NCBI GenBank assembly: GCA_040954595.2
Contig: CM082595.2
Coordinates: forward strand, 6,288,137-6,352,136
DNA: 64,000 nucleotides
Direction of reading: 5' to 3'
From: Balanoglossus misakiensis
Lineage: Eukaryota; Animalia; Hemichordata
The notes beneath the pieces are model-generated. The model saw nothing but the letters and a program-made list of their open reading frames with translations. It had not been told where the DNA came from and did no database searches. Position numbers and translations under genes: made by a program. This document shows positions 52,001 to 62,946 of this stretch, one piece after another (positions within the stretch are counted from its first letter, which is position 1; every line of letters begins with the position of its first letter).

Positions 52001-55000
52001 GTATGGTTGCGTGTTTCTGTTGTGTGTGTCCAAATGTTTGCACATTTCTCGAATCGTCGCTTGTTTTTAACCGTATTATTAGCCATTGCATATATGCCGA
52101 TTGGCTTTCTGAGCAATTGCACATTGCGAATGAATGCATGGTTACCGGTTGATTTGATATTGTGGTAACCACTCATGCCAGTGCCCACATATTCTTTTCA
52201 GTCATGTGATTAATTAAGCATGATTGAGACAGTTCTGACGACTGTAAACGACGGCTAGGCAGAGGAAACGGCCAGTGGTTTTAGCGTCGTTTGGACGGAG
52301 GGTGGCGTCTGGTCCCGTGGAGTTCACAGAGAGTGCCGCTAGATTGTCTGCCGATTTCAAGACGTCGACGCAGATAGATGTCTTTCAGTCATAAAGCATA
52401 CGATTGCGACAATAACTTTTGATAAAACAGAGACACCTAGCAGATATTTCAGAAAATGAACAAAATTTATGACCATGCAACGAAATGCGTGTCCACGAGA
52501 TCTGTTAATCGGGCCAAATTGAAATTGACAACGTGCATCCCCCTGCCATGCGCGCTCCCCGCAGTTTGATAGGTGATGATGGGACGCCATGTAAATGTTT
52601 TGCTCTTAATATCGTCGTATTGCGTGTGCTTTGGCATCAATCACTCTTCTAAGCATTTCCCAGCATTTGCAGCTAGCTTTATGGTGACAGATTATCAATA
52701 GGCGACGACAGGATTTGACGTACGGAGGGGCGAGCCTCGGCAGGTGCTTCGAAGTCATAAAACTGTCCTCGGAGCGAGGGAATAAATTCTACGTGATGTG
52801 ACAATGCTCAGAGGGTAACACAGTGTTTTCAAGGGAGGTAAAAATCCGACTCGTTTTAGGTTGGCAAAAAAAAAACGCTCCGGAAGGGAGTGTTTTTACA
52901 GCCATGTTTTCAACACGTGGACGCGTCATAAACGCGATAAGCATCCTAACAGATGGCGCATTTCGCAGCGTCGTAAAAATGGATTGTCGGAGATAAGGCG
53001 GACCCCTCGCTATTTTCCCCACGTAGGGGCACTTAGGCACCCTGAGTAACAAGCATCGTCAATTATACGGCAATCCGACAATAAACACTTCAGCAGTGCG
53101 CCAGTAATTAAATTTATTGTTACGGCACTCGAGAAACGCCGAGTGAAGATGATATCACGTTCCGACGCGAGCACTCGGGGATGCGGAACGAGAATGACTC
53201 CGCATCGAGCGTCACGCCCAATGAGTCCACCAAAGGTGTCGCATCAAAACCCACCGATCCAAACAACAGACGGCTCTATTGTCAGCCAGCAATGAAATGC
53301 AATATAATACCCCGAGCATTCTAATACACGTAATAGTCTGTTTCAGCCAGCATATCTGTCACAGCAGCGGAAACGATGACAGTTATACACAGACATCTCT
53401 CCTTATACGTATTTTCTAATTGATATCAGGTTTCATACTGAATAATCTGCTTGTTAAGAACCAAAAACCACTGTTTATCGCAAACATGCTTCCTGCGTAT
53501 TTCTGTAATGAGCCAGCTGAAGCTTAACTTTCCAGTTTACTTATTAACTTCAACATCAGTAAGCTCACTTCTCCAAACGCAAGCTTGCAGCTGAAAAGAT
53601 AAGACTTTTCTTTATTTTTGAGATGATCGATGTGAAATATTATGTTTAAATTTAGCAAACATCTTAGGTGTGGTGTATGTTTCAAAGTTTTGCCTGGGTT
53701 CTCAAGAAAGAATATTATGTACGTGCCCCAATCTTGTAAAATCATTTACTCACAACTGATTCGTAATATTGTGCTCATGTTCACTCGCCTTTGATTTCAC
53801 ATTAATTACCTAATGTAGAATTCTATCTAGCTATTTCTGCCAAGAAATGTACGAAAAGAGTTTGTTTAAATATCCTAACTGAACACTTCAGGTCAGATGA
53901 ACTGGAGTACCTTGACAACATGTAGACTATAACAAAAGCACAGGAACTCAAACGTTGACATAGATAATTAATTGACGAAATGTGCAAAGTTCGCAGATGA
54001 TAAATATAAGTGTGCGGTTATGGATTCTTTTGCTTGAATCTTACGCATGTACCATGACAGCTTTGCACTAGGTTTGTGAGTTGTGCGTAGACAGGCACTT
54101 CGAATAATAAGACACATTTTTATTAGGTTGATAACATGAGATTACATTTATCCACTCTGTTAGCCGTATCATCATCAGCGTTGATAGAATCTTGACTATC
54201 ACTCTAGATACCCGTCAGTTAAAGGTATGCGGTCGTATAATGTCCATTTAGCCATTGTTACCATAGAAAGGTGACATTTAGCCAAGCATAGATTGTTATT
54301 TCAGTGAAAAATGCACAATCAAATGGTCATTTAACTAGGCCCGTTCACCAGATGTGAATATATCTAATTTAGAGGCAATCGCATTGCTTTAACGAGTATC
54401 GCAATTCGTCGGGAAAACCTTGGCTTTGGAAGAGCGGGCGAGTGCTCGCTGGGGGAAGAGCGACTCAAGCGCCGACATCCTTAAGTGATCAACCAAGAGG
54501 AACTTGATAGCGAACCAAATTGGGTTCAAATCGAGCAGAGACTTCACCAAATTGGGTTCTCGCTCGCCAACAGCTAGCATTGTCTTAATATTGGTTTAAT
54601 GGCTCGGATGAAGCACACCGAATTGGGAAGCAATCACGCGGCAGTCAGTTGGGAAGCCATCCAAATTGACCGTAATTTCTTGCTTCGTTTCTTCCACTCT
54701 AGCGGCAATGAGTTCGCCCTGGGTATATTTGCTTTAAACGTGATACCCCGATGCCAGGTCACCAGGGAAAACTTTCACAGCCTTATACATGTCACACGAT
54801 ATGTAACACCGAAAGAGGTAATTTTCTCACTGCTGATTTGCTATTTGTTAAGGTTGTAATATGTTTAATCTTCGTCGAAATGTGGAAAGTCACGATGTTT
54901 TGGAATGGAAAGTGGACATTTGGGAGTATTGTAGCGGTTGGGTGAGATGGAATTGCTAATACTGAAAATGGGAAAGCACAATATATGAAGCTTTGCAGAC

Positions 55001-55004
55001 TCAC

Positions 55005-55118
55005 CTGTGTTATTTCATTTTCCATTGTGTCTTCTTCATCAGGCACGAGACTTTTGCTGTGTGTCATATAAACACAAATACTTAGAAGAACCAACAAACT
55101 AAGCAGACTGTTATTCAT
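55005..55118 (-). CDS. Somatostatin/ASTC-superfamily neuropeptide precursor, exon 1 (signal peptide + acidic pro-region)
   Basis: Encodes MNNSLLSLLVLLSICVYMTHSKSLVPDEEDTMENEITQ (114 nt, 38 codons) and ends CAG|GTGAGT, a consensus phase-0 donor. TATA box ~220 nt upstream of the ATG. Confidence 0.8.
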
Positions 55119-55338
55119 GTTGATGTGACTTCTTCAGTTGTCTGGTGTAGGGTGACTAGGTTAGGCGAGGTTATGGTCTGGTGGTCAGGGTTGCCTGTTG
55201 ATATGTCGGCCAATCTTCACCCGATTGTCACTTGGGCTGAACTTCTGTCGCAGTTTTCACGTCTCCCTCGCACCACACTGTTGGTCGACTCGGTTGCGTT
55301 GATTCAACTCTTGTGTGTCGTCAGCCGGGGGAGATCTG

Positions 55339-55507
55339 CTTATATATCGACGCTCACCGCGCTCAAATCCGGGGACTTTTTTTTTTTTAAATAACGACCA
55401 GCCAACTTCCGCCTCGCTCCCACGGTATGCAAATGAAGGGGAAGAAGCCGGGCATTGGGAGGTAGTCATGGCGACGGATACGTCACGTGGACAGCGAGCG
55501 TGATTGG
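55339..55507 (-). promoter_or_regulatory. Proximal promoter of the neuropeptide gene
   Basis: TATATAAG (minus, 55346-55339), octamer ATGCAAAT (55427-55434), CRE-like TGACGTA (minus, 55485-55479) overlapping E-box CACGTG (55484-55489), and CCAAT (minus, 55507-55503), all in a CpG-rich stretch just upstream of exon 1. Confidence 0.65.
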
Positions 55508-57439
55508 TCGGAGGAGGAAGAAACCTGTAAACACTTCTAGGGCGGTCTGTTCGTCAGCGGAATCTTCCGTCAACGCTGTCTGTGGCGACTCGGCAGGCAA
55601 TTCTTTCGATTGCTCAAAGCATCGAGATGGAGAGTCACGCAACATTGCCAGTAGGATAATTATTTTTCCGCCCGAAACTCGGACAGTGAAGGTCATATCC
55701 TGGTGGATGGTCCCCCATAGAACAATCATTACATGTGCGTGCGGGGCGTACGAGTAGGAGTTTATGAGTAAATCAGTCACGTGGGTTTCAGGCTCGTAAA
55801 TATGGCCATTGTGAAATATTCCTGAGCGCGAACAAAGATTCCTGAAACGCGTCAGAACAGCGATTCTCTCACTGTAGTCTTTTCTCCGGCGATTCAGAGA
55901 AAACGGCATCTACAAAATGCATCGGTAATTCTCTTTGTCCTTGCAAAGAAAGACACCGACGTAGATGATGACGAGGGACACTGACGGCAAACTGCCGCGG
56001 ACGATTAAACTGAAGCTCCGTCTCATTCAGACGACCGGGGCTGCTTTCCCGCCAAGGGTCGGCGCTGTGGTGCGGAAAACCCGGTCTCTCTCAGTTCCTT
56101 ATCCACAACAATCAACACGGGTTATTTCCTTTCAGAAATATTAGTGTATCTCGGCATCTGTGCGCCTCTGTGAGGATTTCCGACACTGTTAGGGCGCTGA
56201 AGATATCATCACGCCGAACAGTCCAGCGACGCTTAGGCAAATCGAAATTAAAGCTCGTTTAACAACGCCGCCAGCCCCGGCTCCAATACGTTGAAATCAA
56301 AGTTGAAACAGTGTATTATATCTCCGTTTGATATCTTTCTAAGGGGGAGACTGTCGTCATAGGTTTCACTGATAACCCATTCACCCCAAATTAACGACAA
56401 AAAATATAATCAAACATTTGCTTGATAAGGGTGCGATCACAACAAGTTCAAGGAAGCCTAGTAACAGGAATTGTATGCATATTCTGGTAACGAAATGGTG
56501 GTGCTTTTGATATGTGCTGTGAGTTAATTTGCTCGTTTGTTGCTTTTTGCCTTTCTTTGCCTGATGTTCCAGCCGTGGTGCGATCGGCGTGTCATCGCAA
56601 TCATTTCGATTAAATGCGTTCAATTTGGTATCATGCCCGCCAGCCATCTCCTGTCGCAAGCACTGTCGCTGGCGAGAGGCTGGTCTGTCGGCTTTTCATC
56701 TTCGCCGTCGCTATCTCCTGAGAGCGGGGCTCGCTGATGAGCGTGTCAAGGAAAGCGAGAAAAAACAGACGACAAATTAGATGAGCAACCAATTAAGAAG
56801 GCAAGATGCCATTAGCACGGGGGTGTATGAGTGACTGCCGACCAGATGGACTCGGAGATCGCATCCTCTGTTCACACGTACCCAGTCCGACAATAATATT
56901 CCTGAATGAGCCTCACACAATTAACGATTCCGTTTGACATCATAGTCTTGCCATAAAGGATGCTAGTAAATTGCATGTTATAACGTCCTGAGAACACCAG
57001 AATTGGTCGCATTGTTTTACCACACCAGATTTTTTTCTGGAACAGGAACAGGAATCTCCAAAGGCACACTTTCATATTAAATTCGGAGGTCGACAAGTTT
57101 ATTATGAGCAGTAACTTAAATAAACCATGTGAGTAAATAGTGATAATTATATGATAAGATGAAGAAAGGGTGTTCCACAAATTTTGGGAATAAAAATAGT
57201 GATACACGAGTTATGTGCCTCGACAAAGCTGGTCCATCCAATGGTGATGGAAAAAGCAACTGGTTGCAAGGCATCTGCCAATTTGATCAAAAGTGGGGAA
57301 GGAATACAACCTTGAGCGACAGCAATGAATTGACCTATCAGATATATAGCAGCATGACAAACATGGAAATGGGTGTGTCAACAATAAAAGAAATGTATGT
57401 ATGATGGTGTGTGTATGTTGCTATATACTGTTATAAATC

Positions 57440-57636
57440 ATGTATGTATGTATGTATGTACATGTATGTATGTATGTATGTATGTATGTATGTATGTATG
57501 TATGTACCGTATGTATGTATGTATGTATGTATGTATGTATGTATGTATGTATGTATGTATGTATGTATGTATGTATGTATGTATGTATGTATGTATTTAT
57601 GTATGTATTCACATGTATGTATGTATGTATGTATGT
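57440..57636 (+). repeat. Interrupted (ATGT)n microsatellite
   Basis: ~200-nt array with a few interruptions. Confidence 0.95.
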
Positions 57637-58561
57637 CCATGAATCGATTTGTCTATAGCAATATATAAAGCAGCATGTATGTATATGTAATTTATGTATG
57701 TATACATTATCTGCATATGTACGCGCCTGTAGCATAACTAACAACACATGTCTCACGTGACCTGATCATTATGTCATGATGACAGGAACAGTTGACATAG
57801 ACAGTATAAAATAACTTTGCATGGAATATTAATAGAGGTGGATGTCATATTAATTTAAACATAAGGGATGCACCAGTTGGTTGGCTGGATGCAACACTGT
57901 TTCGGGTGATTTGAAAGCAGACAGATATCCTGGCCCTCCAACATTGTTGGTCAGTAAGATACAACTACAACCTTACATCAAACCAGAACTGAACCATCAC
58001 GTGAGATGAGTTGATTATGCTTTTCTAAGATGCTTCTTGGAACGACTTCAAGGGCGAGGGATGTTTCACTAAAGCCATCTGAAACTCTCTCATTAGTTTA
58101 TCCCTAACGTAGTCTTCTAACAACACCAGTTTGTAAAGGTCCACCACACACAAGGGATGAAATCCTTTGATAAAAGGGTAGTTCGTGCAATCCGACGAAA
58201 TAGAGAGAGAATGAAACCAGGGCGAATGAATGATGGTGTTTTAATATGGATATTTGGCATGCGCATACAATGAAGCAAAGAAGTCATTGATAGTAATATC
58301 GATGCCAAGGAATGTAGCAAGCGTACCGCTATGAAACGAAAGACTATGGATCAATATCATTATCATCTCTAAGAAAATAATGTAACTTCTTGTAAACATT
58401 GCCACACGTTTAAAGGTCTCTTTCTAAGGTACTTTAGATGCCGGGAAATTATTTAAATGAGGCTATAGGAACCAAGTACCATGAATATCTCAATAATTCC
58501 ATAATTATTCTTGCAGTAATATTAGTTAAGGTCATAACTTTACTTATATTTACATTCATGA

Positions 58562-58620
58562 GTGAGTACTAGTATATGTAGTAATATAACATTGCGTGAG
58601 TAGTAGTATATGTAGTAATA
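58562..58620 (+). repeat. Short direct duplication (25-nt unit, 34-nt period)
   Basis: GTGAGTACTAGTATATGTAGTAATA at 58562 and GTGAGTAGTAGTATATGTAGTAATA at 58596. Confidence 0.8.
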
Positions 58621-59950
58621 CCGGGGGTATAATATTAGGAATAGTACACATTACATAAAATTTGTAGGAAAATGTTAGCCATAAGAAACATTTAGCGGGA
58701 ATTATTTTATTATGAAAGCTATGAGGCTGACACACTGAGAGATCGATAATTTGAGAAGACATGGCAGCCGTACAACTAAAGAAAACACACGGTTGCTAGA
58801 GTGAACATCTTCTGCTGTTTCTTGAAGTAAAGGCGGTGATTGAATTTTTCAATCGAAGTGGCTGCTAGGAATGATAGAGAGTTGAGTGCCATCTCGCGCT
58901 CTTAAAATCGCCAGATACCTCGATGTCGAGAAAAGTTAAAGGGGAGAATTTTGTTGTTGTTTTTTGGGGTTGGGGGGGATTGTCACGACGCGTAGTAAAG
59001 TTGTCGCGGCTGTGCTGGCAAATTAGGGTCATTTGTTAGAATCATTGTGTTGACTGTGTCGATGCGCTCAGCAAGGCCCATTGGCTCTGGATTGTTGTGC
59101 GCACGAAGCGACACTCCACGGTCGATTACTCGTGGTAGTCTCCATAGAATCTTCAATCCTCACCGATAAACCATTTGTTGAAGGGGGGAGGCGCGTTCGC
59201 CAGAAAGATTGTAGTTTGGCACACTGGTGCGAGGTTCGAACAGGAAGAAACCTAGCAAACCGAATAATAGACGGATCAATATCGTCATTTGCGTTGAAAC
59301 TGTACAGGATTTGCCATCTTAACTCCCATTTCCGTTCCTCGTCGTCTCGCCCTCTTAAATGGACGACGGTAACCCCCTTACTGAAGCGCAGAACAATGAG
59401 TCCATTTCACTCGACAGCGCTTCTAAGGAGATGATGGCACGCCGGCGCGGAGAAGTGAAGCGAGAGTGCTAAGCCCTCGCTTCACCGTGCCTCCATCAGC
59501 TGCCGGCGCGATCAGAAAGGTAATGTTCCAGTTGCCGCAGGTGACTGGCGACCTTGGGCAGAGTTAATTTGAATTCGGTTATATTTTTTGAGTGTTTATT
59601 GAATGGGTAAAAATGTGGTGCCTTTGAAATCGTGCCTGTGTCCATCGGCGTGAATGGATATCCCATTGAATAGCGATTCAATTGAACACTATGCACTCAA
59701 AACTTGAAAAAAAATACATTCTAGAAGCCAGCATCGTGAATGTCTTTGTTAAGTCTACATTTCTCACGACCCATTCTTTAATGATTGGGAATACATCCAT
59801 TGTGAAGATCAGAGGCATGCATGTAGTTAGAACTTGACAAACAATTTCAAAATTCAGGTTTTCCGCTTTTTTTGGAACACACTTCATCATGTCCGGTTGA
59901 TTTTCACCAACAGTACCTATTAAACTTGACAAAGATTGTCTGTGGTTTTT

Positions 59951-61438
59951 TACGGGCCCAAGCCAAGCCAGGCTTGGGCCCGTATTGGTTTCGTTGGGGT
60001 TTTTCAGTCTTTCTTTCTTTCCTTCTTTATTCTTGGTTCCATTTTTCGGCCACCTAAATCTCAAAAACTGCAGCACCAACCAGGCTGAAACTTGGTAGGC
60101 AGATAGGGGCCAATGAGTAGATGTGCAGTGGCTCGTGAATATTTAATTAGTCACGTGACCTGGCGGCCATATTGGATTTTCTGAAAAAATGCAAATCTCA
60201 GATCTCAGAAACTACAAGTCAGATTGACTTCAAATTTGGTGTGCAGCTAGTATACCTTATGCCCATCATTTTTGTAATTGGATATTATGCTGTCAATGTT
60301 GCAGTTTTTTTGCTACAGTTGTTTTTCTGAAATCTGGTCAAAATTTCAAAAATCTTCTTCTCCAGAACCGGCGATAACCGAGTCACGCTGTTTGGGGTAT
60401 GTGGTCACCTAACTGATGTCTATCAAGTTTGCGAAGATCATTGTGATTGGTCGAAGATTATGGTGGCCATATTGGATTTTCGAAAAACCATAGTAAAACT
60501 TCAAAAATCTTCTTCTCCAGAACGGGCGATAACCGAGTCAAAATATTTGGTGTGTGTGGTCATTAAACAGATGTCTATCAAGTTTGCGAAGGGGAATGTG
60601 ATTGGTCGAAGATTATGGCGGCCATATTGGATTTTGTGAAAAACTATTAAAAAGTAAAAATTCCCTTTCTAGCCTAAACATTGATAGCACAGAAATTCTT
60701 TTTATGGATATGAATCATCAAATGAGAAGAATAAGCTATAAATATTTTGGTAATTTTGGCAATGACCTTTGACCTACTTTTGACGCATCATTTTTCTGCA
60801 TATCTAATTCCAGGCTAACCAATAGGGCTATAAGTTTGGTTTTTGATGTATGTTGATTTGTATGTGATCAAAAAATTTTGCTACTTTTCATGACCCCTTT
60901 GACCTCTGCTGACCTCATTAAATATGCACATACCTAATTAATGATGAACCAATAGACCTAGAGGTTTTGTTTTTGTTATACATGGACCAGTATGGGGTCA
61001 AAATATTTTGCACAAATGTTGGGTGACCTCAGGTGACCTTTGACCTACTTTTGCATATCTCGACATCCACAGCAGATACAGCCTTGGCGTTGGGAGGTAT
61101 GGGGCTATACTGAAAAGCCAAAGTTTTGGGTCACCTGTGACACCTGCTTAACTCATTATTTATGTGCATACCTAATTCCGGGTTAACCAAAAGGGCTAGA
61201 GGTCTGGTTTTTGTTGGACATGGACCACTATGGGTCAAAATATTCTGCCCAAATTGTGGGTGACCCCTGGGTGACCTTTGACCTACTTAACACTATATCA
61301 GCACCAAACATAGATATAACCTTGATATTTCATGGGATAAAACACAGCATTATGTTTCTACTCATTAATTATGTGCATATCTAATAATCATATCAGATAA
61401 TAGAGCTTGGGCCCGGACAATGCTGCTTGCAGCTTTAA
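59951..61438 (+). mobile_element. Non-autonomous Helentron-type (HINE/DINE-1-like) element with internal tandem repeats
   Basis: 5' 14-bp hairpin TACGGGCCCAAGCC/GGCTTGGGCCCGTA (59951-59984) after a T-run, 3' sub-terminal repeat GCTTGGGCCCG (61405-61415) followed by short stem-loop GCTGC-TT-GCAGC (61422-61433) and TTT. Internal ~155-bp tandem duplication (~60340-60645) and repeated TGACCTTTGACCT blocks (~60760-61390). Confidence 0.65.
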
Positions 61439-62767
61439 TCGTTATTTTTGGTTTCGTTTTGGTTAAGTTATCAGCCCCTAAAGGTTTTTTTGGCAAAGGT
61501 TTTATTGACTCATACATACTTCGTCAATGGGACTCAACAGAACAATTATGTTATGGCAATAGCTTGATATCCTATCGATTCAACTCATACACAGGAATCG
61601 GTAATTTTGATACAGTTTAAAAAGTGTTGGTCACGTGATATGATGTAGGCAGATGCTATCCCAAATACATGTTAATTTTCTAGACATAAAGCTTGCTTCG
61701 AGTTTACCTAGACTTCTTCATTGGTTGTTTCCTAATAATGGAATCTTAAATCACATGTATTGTTTGTCTACACGGACAAACTTTAATGGGTGTTATGAGG
61801 CTGTCAATTAACCTCGAATTTCTAATTTTAACTCAATGTATCCTTTCAAGGAGAGAAAACTCTGAGGCACAGCAAGACGATTTATGTTTTGTGCTAATGA
61901 CCACAAATGATGTTTTAGATTTCAATGATCAACGTTATTCAGACAGTTTTAACTCGATTCTTATAAGCCTTCGAATGCAAAGAAAAATTCCCTCGGCTAG
62001 TAGAGACGAATCGTGTAGGAACGGGAAAGAAACCCATTTTTTGTCTCACGATGTGACTTGAACAGCGTGACCTTTAAGAAAACGTAGACGAAGTCACGAT
62101 TTTTTCGACCGACCTAACATGTCATCGACACCGTTTCAGTTGCGCTAATGGCCAAGGTCACTGAGCAAGAAGGTGGCATACAAAATCACGAATGGCCGCA
62201 TTCCATAATCTTGGGGGGGGGGGGAATTTCCACTTTAAGGAAAACAACTTTGAAGTCCTTTACCGAACATACAACCCCTACAGAGAATATATTAATGGAA
62301 TTGAGGCAAATTGGTGAATTCGGAAAAGAAAGTTTGTCATTCTGTACATAAGGATGACGACGTGAACAGTAATTAAAAAAACAAATTCCAAAACATGGGT
62401 TTTCGGCCTGCCTGGGAAGGCGATACATTTCCAGATCAGAGATTTTGCATCGAAACAGATATTACAACCTGATGAATCCTTCACGTTTTGCCAGTTCTCT
62501 AACTACTTCTGAAGGCTTTTTGCTTGAAACTTATTTTGCGTCATAAGCTCAATTTGGCAAGAGAAATCTGTGACACATTTCGTAAGATTATACTGTTTTC
62601 TGTCTCAGACCCCTTAGTTTGACTAATTTTTCGCACCTACTGCCTATCCAGGGACATTATAATTTACTTGCCAGTAATCATGAGTAACTAGTAATCATGA
62701 TACTATGAGCATGATGTAACATTATAGGACTTGGACCCACAACCAACGGCATCTATTTACGTGGTAG

Positions 62768-62946
62768 TACAGTCAAACCCCTGTTAGTGGCCACCCTTAT
62801 ATAGCGGTCACCTCTATATATTGGCCACTTTGTTACAGTCCTTTTGCAATTCACATTGTTAATTAACCTCTATATAAAGGTCACCTCTCTATAAAGGCCA
62901 GTTTAGGACAGTCCCTTGACTGGTCACTATAGAGAGGTTTTTCTGT
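62768..62946. mobile_element. MITE (Tc1/mariner-pogo-like)
   Basis: TACAGTCAAACC... start with an imperfect inverted end ...AGAGGTTTTTCTGT. Internal repeated GGTCACCTCT(A/C)TATA motifs. Confidence 0.55.

Noticed and set aside
54792-55004. Unspliced read-through of the 108-aa ORF 54792-55118
   Set aside because: Sequence after the consensus CAG|GTGAGT donor is intron-like, while the spliced model gives a coherent precursor.
57397-57756. MYVC/YIHT-repeat ORFs (also 48882-49139 and 31008-31223)
   Set aside because: Translations of (ATGT)n microsatellites.
58117-58320. Minus-strand ORF ending ...KDFIPCVWWTFTNWCC-stop, superficially like somatostatin WKTFTSC and placed where a tandem paralog's last exon could be
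   Set aside because: Lacks the WK lysine, has three Cys and no adjacent dibasic site. The upstream sequence is hydrophobic rather than acidic, there is an in-frame stop at 58351-58353, and the nearest upstream acceptor is phase 1. Most likely chance, though RNA-seq would settle it.
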